Source: Takakia lepidozioides
Lineage: Eukaryota; Plantae; Bryophyta
Length of the DNA: 64,000 nt
Assembly (NCBI GenBank): GCA_030704615.1
Contig: CM060733.1
Coordinates: 3,596,001 to 3,660,000 of the forward strand
Reading direction: 5' to 3'
Shown: in pieces, positions 13,101 to 25,514 of the stretch
How the letters are laid out: every line of letters begins with the position of its first letter
Numbering within the stretch: the stretch's first letter is position 1
Made by a program: the position numbers and the translations under genes
The notes under the pieces: model-generated
What the model was told of the DNA's origin: nothing
What the model saw: only the letters and a program-made list of their open reading frames with translations
Databases searched by the model: none

Positions 13101-15088
13101 GTTAAATTACATCCCTACAGATTTAATGCCATGCATTGTCAGTTACTGACCTTGAATTTGGGACTTATGCCAGGTAGCACTCTTGGATTATGGGCAAGTG
13201 AAAGAACTCAGTCACGAGGTGAGATTGAAATTTGCTCAGTTTGTGGTAGCACTGGCATCCGACAACATTCCCAAGCTCAGACACTGTTGCAAGTATGTCC
13301 TTGTCTAATTTTTCAATCATTGTATTACTTGTTATGATTAGCATTGGAAGCCTTTTCTCAACCCACTAGTGTCCCTTTGTTAATCGCTTGGATATGAACC
13401 TTGCTGACCCCTGCCATCCATCCTTCAATTAATGGTGACATATGATGCTCTAGCATCATATTCTCAACCATCTAAATTATTCACTAGGGCCACATTTTTC
13501 TGAGAGCCTGTTATGCAGTAGATTTCCTTAGGGCCTCAATTGCAAAAGCAGAAAACCTGGAGATGTTTTTGCAGGGAAAGCACAGGTATATTTCAATTAA
13601 CCTTATGGTAGCTCCGGAACTAAGTCTTAATGGTTCTTGAATGATGGCTGTTTGTCAGAGAACTTGGAATTAAGATACAGAATACTGACACAGACTCACA
13701 GTTCAAGACCGTGGCTGTAGTCATGTTCGACACAAAGCTGCCTCCTGGTGTTATTATGGCAAACCCATTTGGAGATGACGCACTTCTCAAGAATATCTCT
13801 GTGGAGGTAATGACTCTGTTACAGTTGGTACTTGGGCGTGTACTGATTGGGATTTCACGCAGAATTGATAGTATTTGTCCCAAGCCTTCAGTACTTGGAC
13901 ATAAGTGACAGTCAGTCGCTTGCTCCCTCTGACTCGCCCACTCTCTCCCAAACAATGTATCCATTTACTATTGCAACAGTTTCCAGTTGTCCATGGCCAC
14001 AGTCACATCCCAGCACTGGTAGCCAGCTGGGGTATGAGACTGGCTATTGTTTTTTGGATGATGATGGCTAACAAATTACGTTGTTGCTATTGCTCAGAAG
14101 GAGCTGTTCTTCATTATGCGAACGGTACACTTATTACGTGGACTAAGCGTGGGTATGGATTCTCCCTTCTCATCATCTGAGGAGTGGAAGCCTCTCGCAC
14201 AGGAAGTGCTAGCTGCAGCTGGCAAACCTACTGTTTTTTCTGTTCAAGGTATAAATTCAGAGCCATGTCCGACTTATCTTTTTGTCCTGAGTTTTCTGAC
14301 TCCTCAGCTTGTGAATGAGAATTTAAACTTCTCATCAGCCTAAAAAGTTTCCCTATCAGCTTTATATGAAAGATGTAAGCATAGAATTAACAGAAAGTTT
14401 TATGATGCAAGTTTGGCTATTGCACAGGCCTTTGAGAAGGAGGCCATAAGCTTTCACTTTTCTTGGTGTGGCATTTCATTTTCTCAATCTATAAGTGCAC
14501 CCTGTCCTGTGCCAGCTTCTTTCAAGGTTTGGGAGATATGATTGCGGTCCTCACATGCCCCTGGGCATGGAGATAATCTCAGTGAATCAGCTTAGAGTCA
14601 TTATGTGCTGGAGCTGTTTATCCAAAGCTAGAGTTCTTACCGATTGTGACAGGGATTCTTGGACGTGTAGAATTGTGAGCTTAGGGGCCCCATATGATCT
14701 CTCTTGGCATATACCTCAGAAGTCCATTAGCTGCTGTCTGAAGTTCCATACAATGTGCGTGCATCATAGGTGGTGGAAATGGTTTCAATTGAGCTGCTAG
14801 TCTCCGCAGACACTCCTTGACCCGTTACTGTGCTCTTTTCCAAACCTTTTTAGTTCATGCCTAGCCATCAAATGTCCGTTCTCTTTAAATGACTCGTATC
14901 AGTCTGTTGCCAAGGGCCTGTAGAAACTCAAAGCCCCCGTTATTGCAGATGATGCTCAGTACATTCTTGTTGTTCGTCATTTGCTTTGTCATGTAGATTC
15001 TGGTTCAAAGTCATGGAGGCCAAAGGAGCTGGCGTGGGAGAGACGGCGAAGGTTGAGAAGAACGGGACGCCTACAACCAGTTGCATAG
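7134..15088 (+). CDS. ABC1K: ABC1/ADCK atypical kinase (ABC1K family, resembles Arabidopsis At4g24810/At5g50330), 12 exons, about 529 aa
   Basis: Exons 7134-7364, 8019-8147, 8688-8882, 9152-9199, 9445-9573, 10560-10687, 11346-11456, 12109-12217, 13174-13292, 13659-13806, 14098-14248, 14997-15088 join in phase (1590 nt). Motifs: LGGFFLK, PLGSASIAQVHRA, VAVKVQHPG, EFDFKREA, VLVMDF, FQADPHPGN, LLDYGQ. Confidence 0.92.
8301..8516 (+). mobile_element. 5'-truncated LINE 3' end in ABC1K intron 2
   Basis: Ends GGCCACAAGGCTACGGCAAACAACGTCTTATGAGTACAA; 17 bp TSD TCTATTTATGATGTCGA (8284-8300, 8517-8533). Confidence 0.85.
9678..10125 (+). mobile_element. 5'-truncated LINE 3' end (CCHC zinc finger) in ABC1K intron 5
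   Basis: LKFKLRAGSLPL...CPLCGQPEDN; same 3' terminus as 8301-8516; 15 bp TSD TCTGATGACATCATG (9663-9677, 10126-10140). Confidence 0.85.
10823..11294 (+). mobile_element. Two tandem 5'-truncated LINE 3' ends in ABC1K intron 6
   Basis: A ~60 bp copy (10823-10883) and a ~390 bp copy (10902-11294, CPMCRQPEDNIHFLIHC). The target motif TTTTCCGTG.CACAGT occurs three times (the third copy is degenerate). Confidence 0.8.
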
Positions 15089-15957
15089 CCTCTTTGTTAG
15101 AACATTCATTAAAGTAGCTGTTGTCCTTGTCAGCAAACAAGCCAGAGTTGCCCACTTTGCAAGGAAAATATCCTATTAACTTCCTACTACAAACAAATCA
15201 GGGGAACTCTTAGGATCTACTCCCTCCAAGGTGAGAGTGCAAGACATTAGATTCCAAGGATGCGGCTTCGATCTGCCCGGAAAAACTTGATCAGTGAGCT
15301 TTTATTTAGTAACATTGAAAAATTTCTAGAAACAATCTTTAGGGGTACTGATGAAGACCACACGAACGTTGCATAGTAATACGCAACTTTCTCAGAAACC
15401 AGGTGCCCAGGTGCAAACATGTATGCCTTGGGATTAAGGAGGATGCAATAAATCTCTTCTCTCTCTAGCTCTTGGTGGTTCTTGTGGCCTGACAAATCCT
15501 TCTCACAAATCCTTCTAGACACACTCCCTAGAGATATAGAGGTTGATTTAGTGTTTGTTTTGTTTTTGTACAGGGCCTTATAGTTCTAGCGACGACCAAA
15601 GGTCGGAAGCTAGTTTAGCGTAGAGCAGGAATAGGGTGCCATAGTGCCACGTCATCGTTGCAGCGTTTCGTCGCCACGTCATCGTAGCCAGGTCATCGTC
15701 GTCGTCAATTTCTTTGGAATCTGCCCGGACGGCCCGCGCGAAATAGGCCAATAGAAATCGCCTATGCCCAGCCCCATGCCCAGCCCCATGCCCCTTGCTT
15801 ACTTTCTGAAGACATCTTGTGCTCACCTGCAAGCCCGGCCGTCCAGTATGCAGCCCTCTTTAACTGTTTACCACTTCTGGAGGTTGGTGCTCTCATTAAA
15901 CATTGAAACAGACTTTCCTGTAGCAACCAAATTCAGACATAATGAAAAAGCATATCA

Positions 15958-17051
15958 GAGGGTCATGTCGGGCTAGGGATCGAAGAATCCCCTCCTGTCT
16001 CTCAAGGGATTTTACAGCTGATACTTCACCCCCTCTGGGCAGGCCGCGTCCAAATGTCGTTCGACTTCCAAACTGGCGTGCCTTCTTCAACTCATCTACA
16101 AAATCTGTACAACACAAAGAAAATCTATTGAGAGGCAGAGCCAGATTTCAAAGAAAGATTCACAAATCGAGTACATACTTGTACTAAACCGGTTATTGGG
16201 CTAATTTCCAACCTCTGACCACCGTGGCTGCAAACTATAGGATCGGGCTCTCAAGCTGGGGTCTTCAAGCACTCATTGAAAGAAGACATAAAATTTCTTG
16301 CTTGTTTGATCACTGTTACTCTTCCCACGAAAGTCTTCCCACGAAAGACTTACATTCCCGGGGGAAACCATCGGCCAGTTTCCACATCCCCCCCTCTGTT
16401 ATACTGGTGTCCTATATTGCGAATCATCATAATGCAGGCCCAGTCTAGGCTTTAGGGTATTGTCTCTTCAGTCTCCAATTTACACCTACAGGGTTCCTTC
16501 CTGCAGTCGCATGTTGCTGGAAGAAGCATATCCGCCATTGTCTCCTATAAGCCAAATTGGTACCAGAAGCAGACTTGTCTGCACCACATTTCATTCAGCT
16601 AAGAAATTCGTGAAGTGTCCTTTGCAATAAATAAACAAAGTGATCCAACGGTTCATACTGATCAACTCCCAGCAGTCACATTGTGCAAGTGAGGGCCTTT
16701 TATGATATTAGATTGTTGAATCTGTAGCAGAGCACCTAGCGACACAGTAGAATGGCACTCACTTTCCATTGTAAGGTCATGCTGAGACACAGACTTTTCT
16801 TTAGAAGTATCCGATTGGGAAGAATCTGATGAAGGTATCTTGCTCTTGAACACACTCTTTAGCCTCTGCATCCAGGACGAAGCTCCTGCAGATGAACCCT
16901 CATCCTCCACCGCCGTTGCAAAACCTGATGCATGTGAGGGCCAATGTGTGCATTCTGGGATATGGGTCTGTTGGGAAAATGCAGGAACGGGTGACGGTGA
17001 GAGAAGACAGGAACGTAAAAGACAACGCAGGGCTACAATGTACCTCAGCAT
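15958..17051 (-). pseudogene. 5' half (inverted) of captured SEC-C motif protein gene (At3g04950-like)
   Basis: ATG at 17051, transit-peptide-like N-terminus, SWMQRLKSVF...LTME exon ending 16763 (gtgagt), next exon from 16104 FVDELKKARQFG...LERQEGILRSLARHDP. Confidence 0.8.
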
Positions 17052-17167
17052 GGATTTCCTCAATTCGTTGAGAGCTTGCAGCTTGCAAGGTGAACGATGG
17101 CGGCAGAGCTCCTGCAGTTCAAGAAGATCAAGATCCGGGCATTGCGGCAGTTCCGAAAAAGTTGGCG

Positions 17168-17975
17168 TTGGAGAGCTGCACAAGGCTGAGGTGGCAACGG
17201 AGTGGGGGTGCACTATGTGTGATGTTGATGTCGTACTGGCAAAGTACGAGTGGGCAAAGGAGGCAAACAGGCGCGTGATGAAGCTTAAGGAGGAAGGCAA
17301 GTCGCTTCCCAAGTCTCTTGACGAGGTTAGTCTCCCGTGTTTGCTGCCTAAGAGCTCTTGTATGTTTTTGTTATGCTCTGGCAGCTGCATTCTCTTCTCA
17401 AAATCTCTCCTCCCGCTGTCTCACCAATGGCTTTCCACTGTTTGCCTGTTTCCTACCATCTTTTAATACCTTGAATGATGAAATATATTTGTCCCTATAC
17501 CTTGAATATAAGGTGGCCATAGCTGGGAGATGAAGGGTCTGGCCCGAGGTTGGATTTGTTGGTTGGTGAAGGTGGAAGAGTTGATGGGGGGTCGCTGGAA
17601 TGCGGCAGCATCTGTGAATCTTGCAAAAAGTGGACAACTGAGTCGAAATGCTGCTTGTCCATGCGGCTCTGGAAAGAAGTACAAAAGGTGGGTTCTCGCT
17701 CTTTTCACAGCTCCTCTCATCTCTCTGCCCCATTCCAATGGGAGTGTCGGAAGACGGAGAGAAGCAATGTTTCTGGCTACTTTATCTCACACTCATACTT
17801 AAACAGATGGATTTTGTGGATCATGTAGCCTGACAATAAGCTGGTCGTGAGGCATCTGTGGCTTGAACACTATCTTACAAGCAAAGTATGCTCCAAATAT
17901 ATTGCCTATCCTTTACTAGACCATGACTGGTAAAAATCTGGGGAGTTCTGTTGCAGGTGTTGTGGGAAGTCATAA
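17168..17975 (+). pseudogene. 3' half of captured SEC-C motif protein gene
   Basis: CTMCDVDVVLAKYEWAKEANRRVMKLKEEGKSLPKSLDE / VEELMGG...NLAKSGQLSRNAACPCGSGKKYKR / CCGKS*, with GT-AG introns retained. Confidence 0.88.
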
Positions 17976-18079
17976 GCTTGGACTTGAAACAGGGAAGTCA
18001 TGCTGCACAAGCACGCACTTATGAAGAGTTTGTGCTCTGTTGTGAGGTCAGGTGGCCTCCTGCCGTTTTCTCGTTTTGG

Positions 18080-21000
18080 TCACGCCCAACCGCATAACAT
18101 TTGTTTGCATTGGCAATGCGTGTGCAAGCCTGGCAGCCCTGGAAAGGTGCAAAGAGGTCCATGGTGACATCGTCAAATCTGGGATTGTACCCGATGTCAT
18201 TCTGAACACTGCCCTGCTGGACATGTATGTCAAATGTGAGTGCATCGAGGATGGAAAGGGAGTGTTCGACAGTATGACTGAATGAGATATGGTGTCGTGG
18301 AGTGCGACGATTGCAGGATATGCACAGCAAGTATGCGGGATGGAGGCTTTGGAGACCTATGAGCAATTGATGTGCGAAGGGGTGAAGCCCAACCGCAACA
18401 CATTTGTTTGTGTTTGCAATGCATGTGCAAGCCTAGGAACTCTAGAAAAGGGGAAAGAGGTCCATGGTGACATCGTCAAAGCTGGATTTGTACCAGATGT
18501 CATCCTGAACACTGCCCTGGTGGACATGTATACCAAATGTGGGTGCATGAAGGATGCGAAGGGAGTTTTCAAATGGCTGAACAAGATGTGGTGTCGTGGA
18601 ACGCGATGCTTGCAGGGTATGCACAGCAGGGGTCGTGGGATGGAGGCTTTGGAGACCTATGAGCAAATGATGGGGGAAGGGGTGAAGCCCGACCACATCA
18701 CGTTTGTGTGCGTTTGCAATGCGTGTGCAAGCCTGGCAGCCATGGAAAAGGGCAAAGAGGTGCATGGTTGCATCGCCAAAGCTGGAACTATACCAGGTGT
18801 GATCCTGAACACTGCCCTGGTGGACATGTATGCCAAATGTGGGAGCATTGAGGATGCAGAGGGAGTGTTCAACAATATGGCTGAACGAGATTTATTGTCG
18901 TGGAACGTGATGCTTGCAAGATATGCAGAGCAGGGCGTGGGATGGAAGACTTGGAGACCTATGAGCAAATGATGGGGGAAGGGGTGAAGCGCGACCACAT
19001 CACGTTTGTGTGCGTTTGCAGTGCGTGTGCAAGCCTGGCAGCCCTGGAAAAAGGCAAAGAGGTGCATGGTTGCATCGCCAAAGCTGGAATTGTACAGATG
19101 TGATTCTGAAGAATACCCTCGTGGACATGCATGCCAAATGTGGGAGCATTGAGGATGCGGAGGGAGTGTTAAACAATATGGCTGAACGAGATTTGGTGTC
19201 ATGGAACGCCATGCTTGCAGGGTATGCACAGCAGGGGCACGGGATAGAGGCCTTGGATCATACCTATGAGCAAATGATGGGGGAAGGGGTGAAATGCAAC
19301 CATATCACGTTTGTGAGCGTTTGCAATGCTTGTGCAAGCGTGGCAGCCCTGGAAAAGGGCAAAGGGTGCATGGTGACATCATCAAAGCTGGAATTGTACC
19401 AAGGTTGCAATGTGTGTGCAAACTTGGGAGCCCTGGAAAATGGGAAAGAGGTCCGTGGCGACATCGTCAATGCTGGAATTGCACCAGATTCATCCTGAAC
19501 ACTGCCCTGATGGACATATGCCAAATGTGGGTGGATCGAGGATGCGAAGGGAGTTTTCAACACTGTGGTTGAAAGAAATGTGGTGTCGTGGAACGCTATG
19601 CTTGCAGGGTATGCACAGCAGGGGCACGGGATGGAGGCTTTGGAGACCTATGAACAAATGATGGGGGAAGTGGTGAAGCCCTCATGGAGTGCAATGATTG
19701 CAGGATATTAAAGTGGAGAACAGCCTTCTTGACGCCAAATGTGGGAGCGGAAAAGATGCACGTCAGGTTTTCGACAAAATGCCTGAACAAGATGTGGTCT
19801 CATGGAATGCCATGATTACAGGATATGCTGAGCATGGCTATGCTGAAGAGGCTTTCAAGATACAAGCAAATGGAATTGGACGCGATGACACCGAACAGGG
19901 TCACGTTCGTTTCTGTTGTCAATGCATGTGCCAGTTTAGGGGCCTTGGAAAAGGGCACGCGGGTCCATGCTGATATTAACAAAGCTGGGTTGTGTCATAT
20001 ATTAACTTGGACAATGTCCTTGTTAACATGTATGCCAAATGTGGGAGTGTTCACGATGCACGTAAGTGTTTGAAAATATGGTTCAGCATGCCATAATTGC
20101 AGGATATGCTCAGCATGGGTGTAGTACAGAGGCCTTCCAACTATTTGAACAGATACAACAAGAAGGCTTGAAGCCAGATGGTATCACCTTCGTTTCTCTT
20201 CTCTTTGCTTGTAGGCATGTAGGCCTGGTGGATGAAGGCCACCACTTGTTTGGTTCCATGAGTAGAGATCACGGCCTCACTCCTACAGTGGAGCATTTTT
20301 GCTGCATTGTGGACCTTCTTGGCCGTGTAGGCCAATGAGATGAGGCAGAAGAGTTCATCAACAAAATGCCAATTGAACCAGATGCTCTGGTTTGGGGGAC
20401 CTTGCTTGCTGCTGCCAGAATTCATGGGGATGTGGAGGTAGCCGAACATGCAGGAAAATCTCTTCTCAAGTGCGATCCCAACCACCATGCAACTTATGTG
20501 CTGCTATCCAACATCTACGCCGCATCTGGTAGGTGACAATATGACACAACATGATGTGGTTTCATGGAGGACCATGATTGCAGCATATGCTCCGCATGAA
20601 TATGGCAGGGAGGCTGTTGAGATGTATGAACAAATGCAAAATAAATGGTCTCTCGCCCAACACAAACAGTATCACCTTTATATGTGTTCTCTCTGCCTGC
20701 AGCCACACTGACCTACTGAATGAAGGAAGATGCTACTTCGATTCCCTGAGTGAAGATCATGGTATCAATCTGACAGTAAAGCACTTTGGCTGCATGGTGG
20801 ACCTTCTTGGACGTGCGGGACAACTGGATGAGGCAGTGGACCTGATTAATAAAATGCCAATCAATCCACATGTTGTGGTGTGGAAGGCCTTGCTTGGTGC
20901 CTGCAGAATCCATGACAATGTGGAGATGGCTGAATGTGTGGCAACATCTATCCTCAAGTGGGATGAACAGGATGCCATGACTTATGTGGTGCTATATCAA

Positions 21001-21405
21001 ACATCCATGCTGCAACTGGCAGGTGGGATGATACTGCAAAGGTGAGAAGGTCAGAGGGGTTAGAAAGGACCCAGACGACAAGTTGCATCCCAGAATTAAG
21101 GAAATCCATGCTGAGCTGAGAAGATTGTCTGAGGCAGATGAAGGAGGCGGGGTATGTGCCTGACACACGCTTTTTATTGCATGATGTGGAGGAAAGGAAT
21201 TTTCTCTTAGCCACCACAGTGAGAAGCTGGCCATTGGTTTTGGGCTGATCAGCACGACTCATCAAGAATCTTCGAGTATGTGGAGACTGCCACACCTCCA
21301 CCAAATTCATCTCAAAGATTGTTGGCCGAGCAATTGTTGTATGGGACGCTAACTACTTTCCACCACTTTGAAGATGGGATTTGTTCTTGTGGTGATTACT
21401 GGTGA
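18080..21405 (+). pseudogene. PLS-class PPR-E-DYW pseudogene mosaic (unit 1)
   Basis: Repeated P-L-S triplets ([30 protein letters not shown]), E domain (CMVDLLGRAG), DYW end [15 protein letters not shown]. Many stops and frameshifts. Confidence 0.92.
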
Positions 21406-22388
21406 AACGATATTTTCTTGGAAAGATGCTAGTGTCTTGCTTCATTCATTGATCTGTGTAGCTACTCAGACCATCCACCATTTCCTGATAGTGGGGTCTA
21501 CCCGGCATAGGTAGGAAGTCAGCCCACAATTGCACTTGACTGAAGGGGTGATTTTTGACTGATTCTGGTGACAGTGGATGGAAATCAGAGCGCTGTCCTA
21601 ATTCTGGGTTTGGGTGGTGGAGCTTCTCCAAAGCTTGAAGATGGAAGTGAATACGAATTTTAATGAGCTTGATGAGAGGGGCAGCCATGTGCACAAGTTT
21701 GTTCAGCATCTTAAATTTGGACATGTTTGTTTGTTTCTCGTGGTGTGGCTTTGGATGGAGCCCTTGATGAACTTATATGAATATTGTCAAAAGCTAGCGT
21801 TAACCCACCAAGATCCAAACCCACGGTGGATGCTTGAAAGTTCATATAGTGAATGTAAGGGTATTTGGGTATGTTGATATTCGGCTTGTGAAAATTGAAC
21901 ATTGAAATGCAGATCCGCCATTTTTTTTCCAGGAAAAAATAAAACATGGGATCTCTGGAAGACCCACCCTTTTTTTGTGAAAAATTGAACGAAGTTCTCA
22001 TAATTCGTCGCTAGTAGTGCGGAGTAGCACGAAGCCCTAGTTCTAGCGACGACAGAAGGTCGGAAGCTAGTTTAGCGTAGAGCAGGAATAGGGTGCCATA
22101 GTGCCACATCATCGTCACCATGTCATCGTAGACACGTCATCGTAACCAGGTCATCGTCGTCGTCAATTTCTTTGGAATCTGCCCGGACGGCCCGCGAGAA
22201 ATAGACCAATAGAAATCGCCGCGCCAACATTTTTGGACTGCCCGCAATGCCCGGATCTTGATCTTCTTGAACTGAGGAGCTCTGCGTTTTCCGCCATCGT
22301 TCACCTTGCAAGCACAGGCATGGATAGCTAGCAGAGATCGAGTGTGGGTCCAGATTCGTATGAGCAAATGATGCGCGAAGGGGTGAAG

Positions 22389-22574
22389 CCCTTTGAGCTG
22401 GAGCCAAAAGAGGGCCTCACCCTTGTTAATGGGACGGCAGTGGGGTCAGGCTTGGCATCAACGGTCTGTTATGATGGAAATGTGTTAGCCCTACTTGCTG
22501 AGGTTCTCTCAACCCTCTTTTGCGAGGTGATGCAAGGAAAGCCAGAGTTTGCTGATCCATTAACTCACAAGCTG
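22389..22574 (+). pseudogene. PAL: Captured phenylalanine ammonia-lyase fragment
   Basis: [62 protein letters not shown] matches the conserved PAL core segment. Confidence 0.92.
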
Positions 22575-22970
22575 GAATTGTACCAGATGTCATTCTGAAC
22601 ACTGCCCTGGCGGACAGGTATGCCAAATGTGGGTGCATTGTCAGACCTGCAATTGTACAAAATGTCATTCAGAACAATACCCTAGAGTCCCTCCTCGTGA
22701 AGAAAGCTGCGAGAATTGTGGTAATTTCGGGTGGTTGGAGAAGAACTCCAATTTACGCAAGCGCATTTCCGAGCTACTTAATTTTCTAACTCTCGTCGGA
22801 CTACGGGACGTGGAACACTTCCTAGTTTAGCTTGCTTCTAGCGCGGGTCCCACTTGTATCTTGTACTTGACTGAAGCGACGAGCTGGGCGAAACCTTGGA
22901 GGGCGAAGTTGTGTGAAGGAGAATTTGTATGGGTCTAGTAATGGATGGCCGGAGATGCTGGAATGTGTAG

Positions 22971-23120
22971 GATGGCGAGGAGGGGTTTTTCAGGATTAAG
23001 ACCACAGCCACACTTCGAAAGCTGATGCATGCATACTGCGACCGTCGGTCAGTTGATCCCAGCTCTATTGCCTTCCTTTTCGATGGCAGACACCTTCGCG
23101 CTGAGCAAACCCCTGCCGAG
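22971..23120 (+). pseudogene. SUMO: Captured SUMO internal exon with flanking intron sequence
   Basis: ag|[50 protein letters not shown]|gt, 150 nt; closely resembles the middle exon of plant SUMO1. Not shown in the ORF track. Confidence 0.92.
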
Positions 23121-23299
23121 GTTATTCTCGCTCATTTTTCTTCTGTGTTCTTCCAAAGCTGACAGGATTCTCATTGAGCTGCTAAAAGTGGTATATGTGT
23201 AAGTTTATTATGTAGTGCAGTCTTTGAAATGTCTGGTCTTGCCAAAAGTGGCTGTTAGGGCTGTTGTTTGGATTGGACCTGTGATGGGTATATGACGGC

Positions 23300-25040
23300 A
23301 TATTACCTATGATTCCCTGTGGAATGATAGGTACAAGAAACCTGCATGGGTAGATGGTCAACTAAAGGCAACAGATCTAGGCTATCATTGTCAGCTGATA
23401 GCAGCAATGCAAGGATGTATATATGATTTGTTCAGAGGCATGGATAGCTTAAGGAGCAGGGATAGTGTGTGGGTGGACAGATTCATCCAAGAAGGACGGA
23501 CTTCAAGCTCCAGATGACCTATGATTCCATGTGGATCAATAGCTACAATAAACCTGCATGGGTAGATGGTCAACTAAAGGCAGCAGCTGCAGCGGCACAG
23601 TTCATAGAATCAGGCACCTAAACCATGACCACAGCTTCTGATAGAGGATCCAAGAGAGGGAGTCCACAATGCTTCTTTTGGCACTTCTGGGCATGTGAAG
23701 ATACTTTGTGCGGCAGGCAGACTGACAGAGGCTCTACAGACTCTAAACCAAGGAGGCATTTCGGCAGATTCAGATACGTATGTCTGTTTCTTGCTTAAGT
23801 GCATCAAGATGGAAGGTTTTGAAGCTGGAAAGCAGGTGCACACTCACATTATCCAAAGTGGATTCACACATACCCTGGTGGACATGTATGCCAAATGTGG
23901 GAGCATTGAGGATGTGGAGGGAGTTTTCCACAGTATGGCTGAACGAGATGTGGTGTCGTGGAACGCCATGTTTGCAGGGTATGCACAACAGGGGCGCGTG
24001 ATGGAGACCTTGGAGACCTATGAGCAAATGATGTGCAAAAGGGTGAAGCCCGACCACATCACGTTTGTGTGCGTTTGCAGTGTGTATGCAAGCCTGGCAG
24101 CCTTGGAAAAGGGCATGGTTGCATCGCCAAAGCTGGAATTGTACCAAATGTGGTTCTGAACAATACCCTCGTGGACATGTATGCCAGATGTGGAATGCGA
24201 TGATCGCAGGATATGCCCAACATGTTGTCATAGGGAGGTCCTGCAACTATTTGAAGGAATGCAAAAGAATGGCTTGAAGCTGGACAGTCTTTATATGTGT
24301 TCCGTCTGCATGCAGCCACACTGGCCTACTGAATGAAGGAAGACGCTACTTTGATTCCCTGAGTCAAGATCATGGTATCACTCCGACAGTAAAGCACTTT
24401 GGCTGCAGACAAGGACGCCTTACGCAGCTTCATCAGTAGTGCGATGCTGTTTGGTGAGTACATTCTTAGACTGTCACTTCCTTCAATTGATTCCTTAATT
24501 TCAGGTGGCTGGAGAAGGTTTATGAGTTTGGATCAGGGTTTAAATGTACTGAAAGACAGTGTTGATATCAAGGACGAGAGCTTCATGGCAAATTGCAAGG
24601 CTATGGAGCAGCTCCTGGTTGACCTTAGTAGGCAGCAAGTTGAGAAGGTACCTCCTCTGTTGTGAGAGAGAGGACAGAGCACATGCCCCTGACCACATCA
24701 CGTGTGTTGGTGTTTGCAACGTGTGTGCAAGCCTCGTAGCCCTGGAGAAGGGCAGAGAGGTTCATAGTGACATTGTCAAAGCTGGAATTGTACCAGATGT
24801 CATTCCGAACAGTGCCCTGGTGGATATGTATGCCAAATGTGGGTGCATTGAAGACGCGAAGGGAGTGTTCGACAATATGGCTAAACGAAATGTGGTGTCT
24901 TGCAGTGCCATGACAGCAACATGGGTGTGGGATGGAGGCTATGGAGACCTATAAGCAAATGATGCAGGAAAGGGGTGAAGCCAAATCACATCATGTTCTT
25001 GTGCATTTGCAATGTGTGTGCGAGCCTGGCAGCCCTGGGC
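23300..25040 (+). pseudogene. PDF-motif/PPR fragments (unit 2), with an unidentified two-exon fragment at about 24405-24650
   Basis: LCAAGRLTEALQTL...SDTYVCFLLKC PPR N-terminus and PLS repeats; GT-AG intron at about 24454-24504 in the non-PPR insert. Confidence 0.8.
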
Positions 25041-25104
25041 ACAGTTATTCATGTTGTAGACAGCATAAAGTAGAGGGAGTGTTTGAGAGAGATTCGTCAT
25101 TGCA

Positions 25105-25514
25105 TAATGTTACCCTGTTTGTGGCTCAGGGTATATATATGCTGGTGGCGGGATTTTCCCGACTCCCCAAATATCTGCCTAAGGCCGTCTGGCGCTACCG
25201 TATGTCTTACATAGGCTTCTATATGTATGCTCTATCAGATCGATACCAACCGAAGCAAGTGGGAAGATTTGGCAGTTGTCTTTGGCATGGTCATTGGCTA
25301 CAGACTTATCTTCTTCCTCATGATAAAGTTTACTGAGGATGTGAGCCCAATCCTCCGCTCGCTCCTTGCCAAGCCTGCCCAGGGCTGCCTGACACGGAAA
25401 AATTCGGCTGTCCAGAACACAATTCGACCCCTCTCTATGACACCATCCCCTGTCCATGATGCTGCTCCGCTGCGGTATTCCACAGGCAAGCAATTTGGTG
25501 TGTCCCCATGCTGA
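25105..25514 (+). pseudogene. Captured ABCG half-transporter (WBC/ABCG11-like) C-terminal fragment
   Basis: QGIYMLVAGFSRLPKYLPKAVWRYRMSYIGFYMYA, then internal deletion, then YQIDTNRSKWEDLAVVFGMVIGYRLIFFLMIKFTEDVSP...*. Confidence 0.85.

Larger units (their letters stand above)
15584..22040 (+). mobile_element. Non-autonomous Helentron/DINE-like element, unit 1
   Basis: 5' TTCTAGCGACGACCAAAGGTCGGAAGCTAG hairpin plus a GTCATC/GTC microsatellite. 3' subterminal inverted copy TCGTCGCTAG, then GCGGAG..GAAGCC stem-loop and CTAG. No TSD. Confidence 0.75.
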
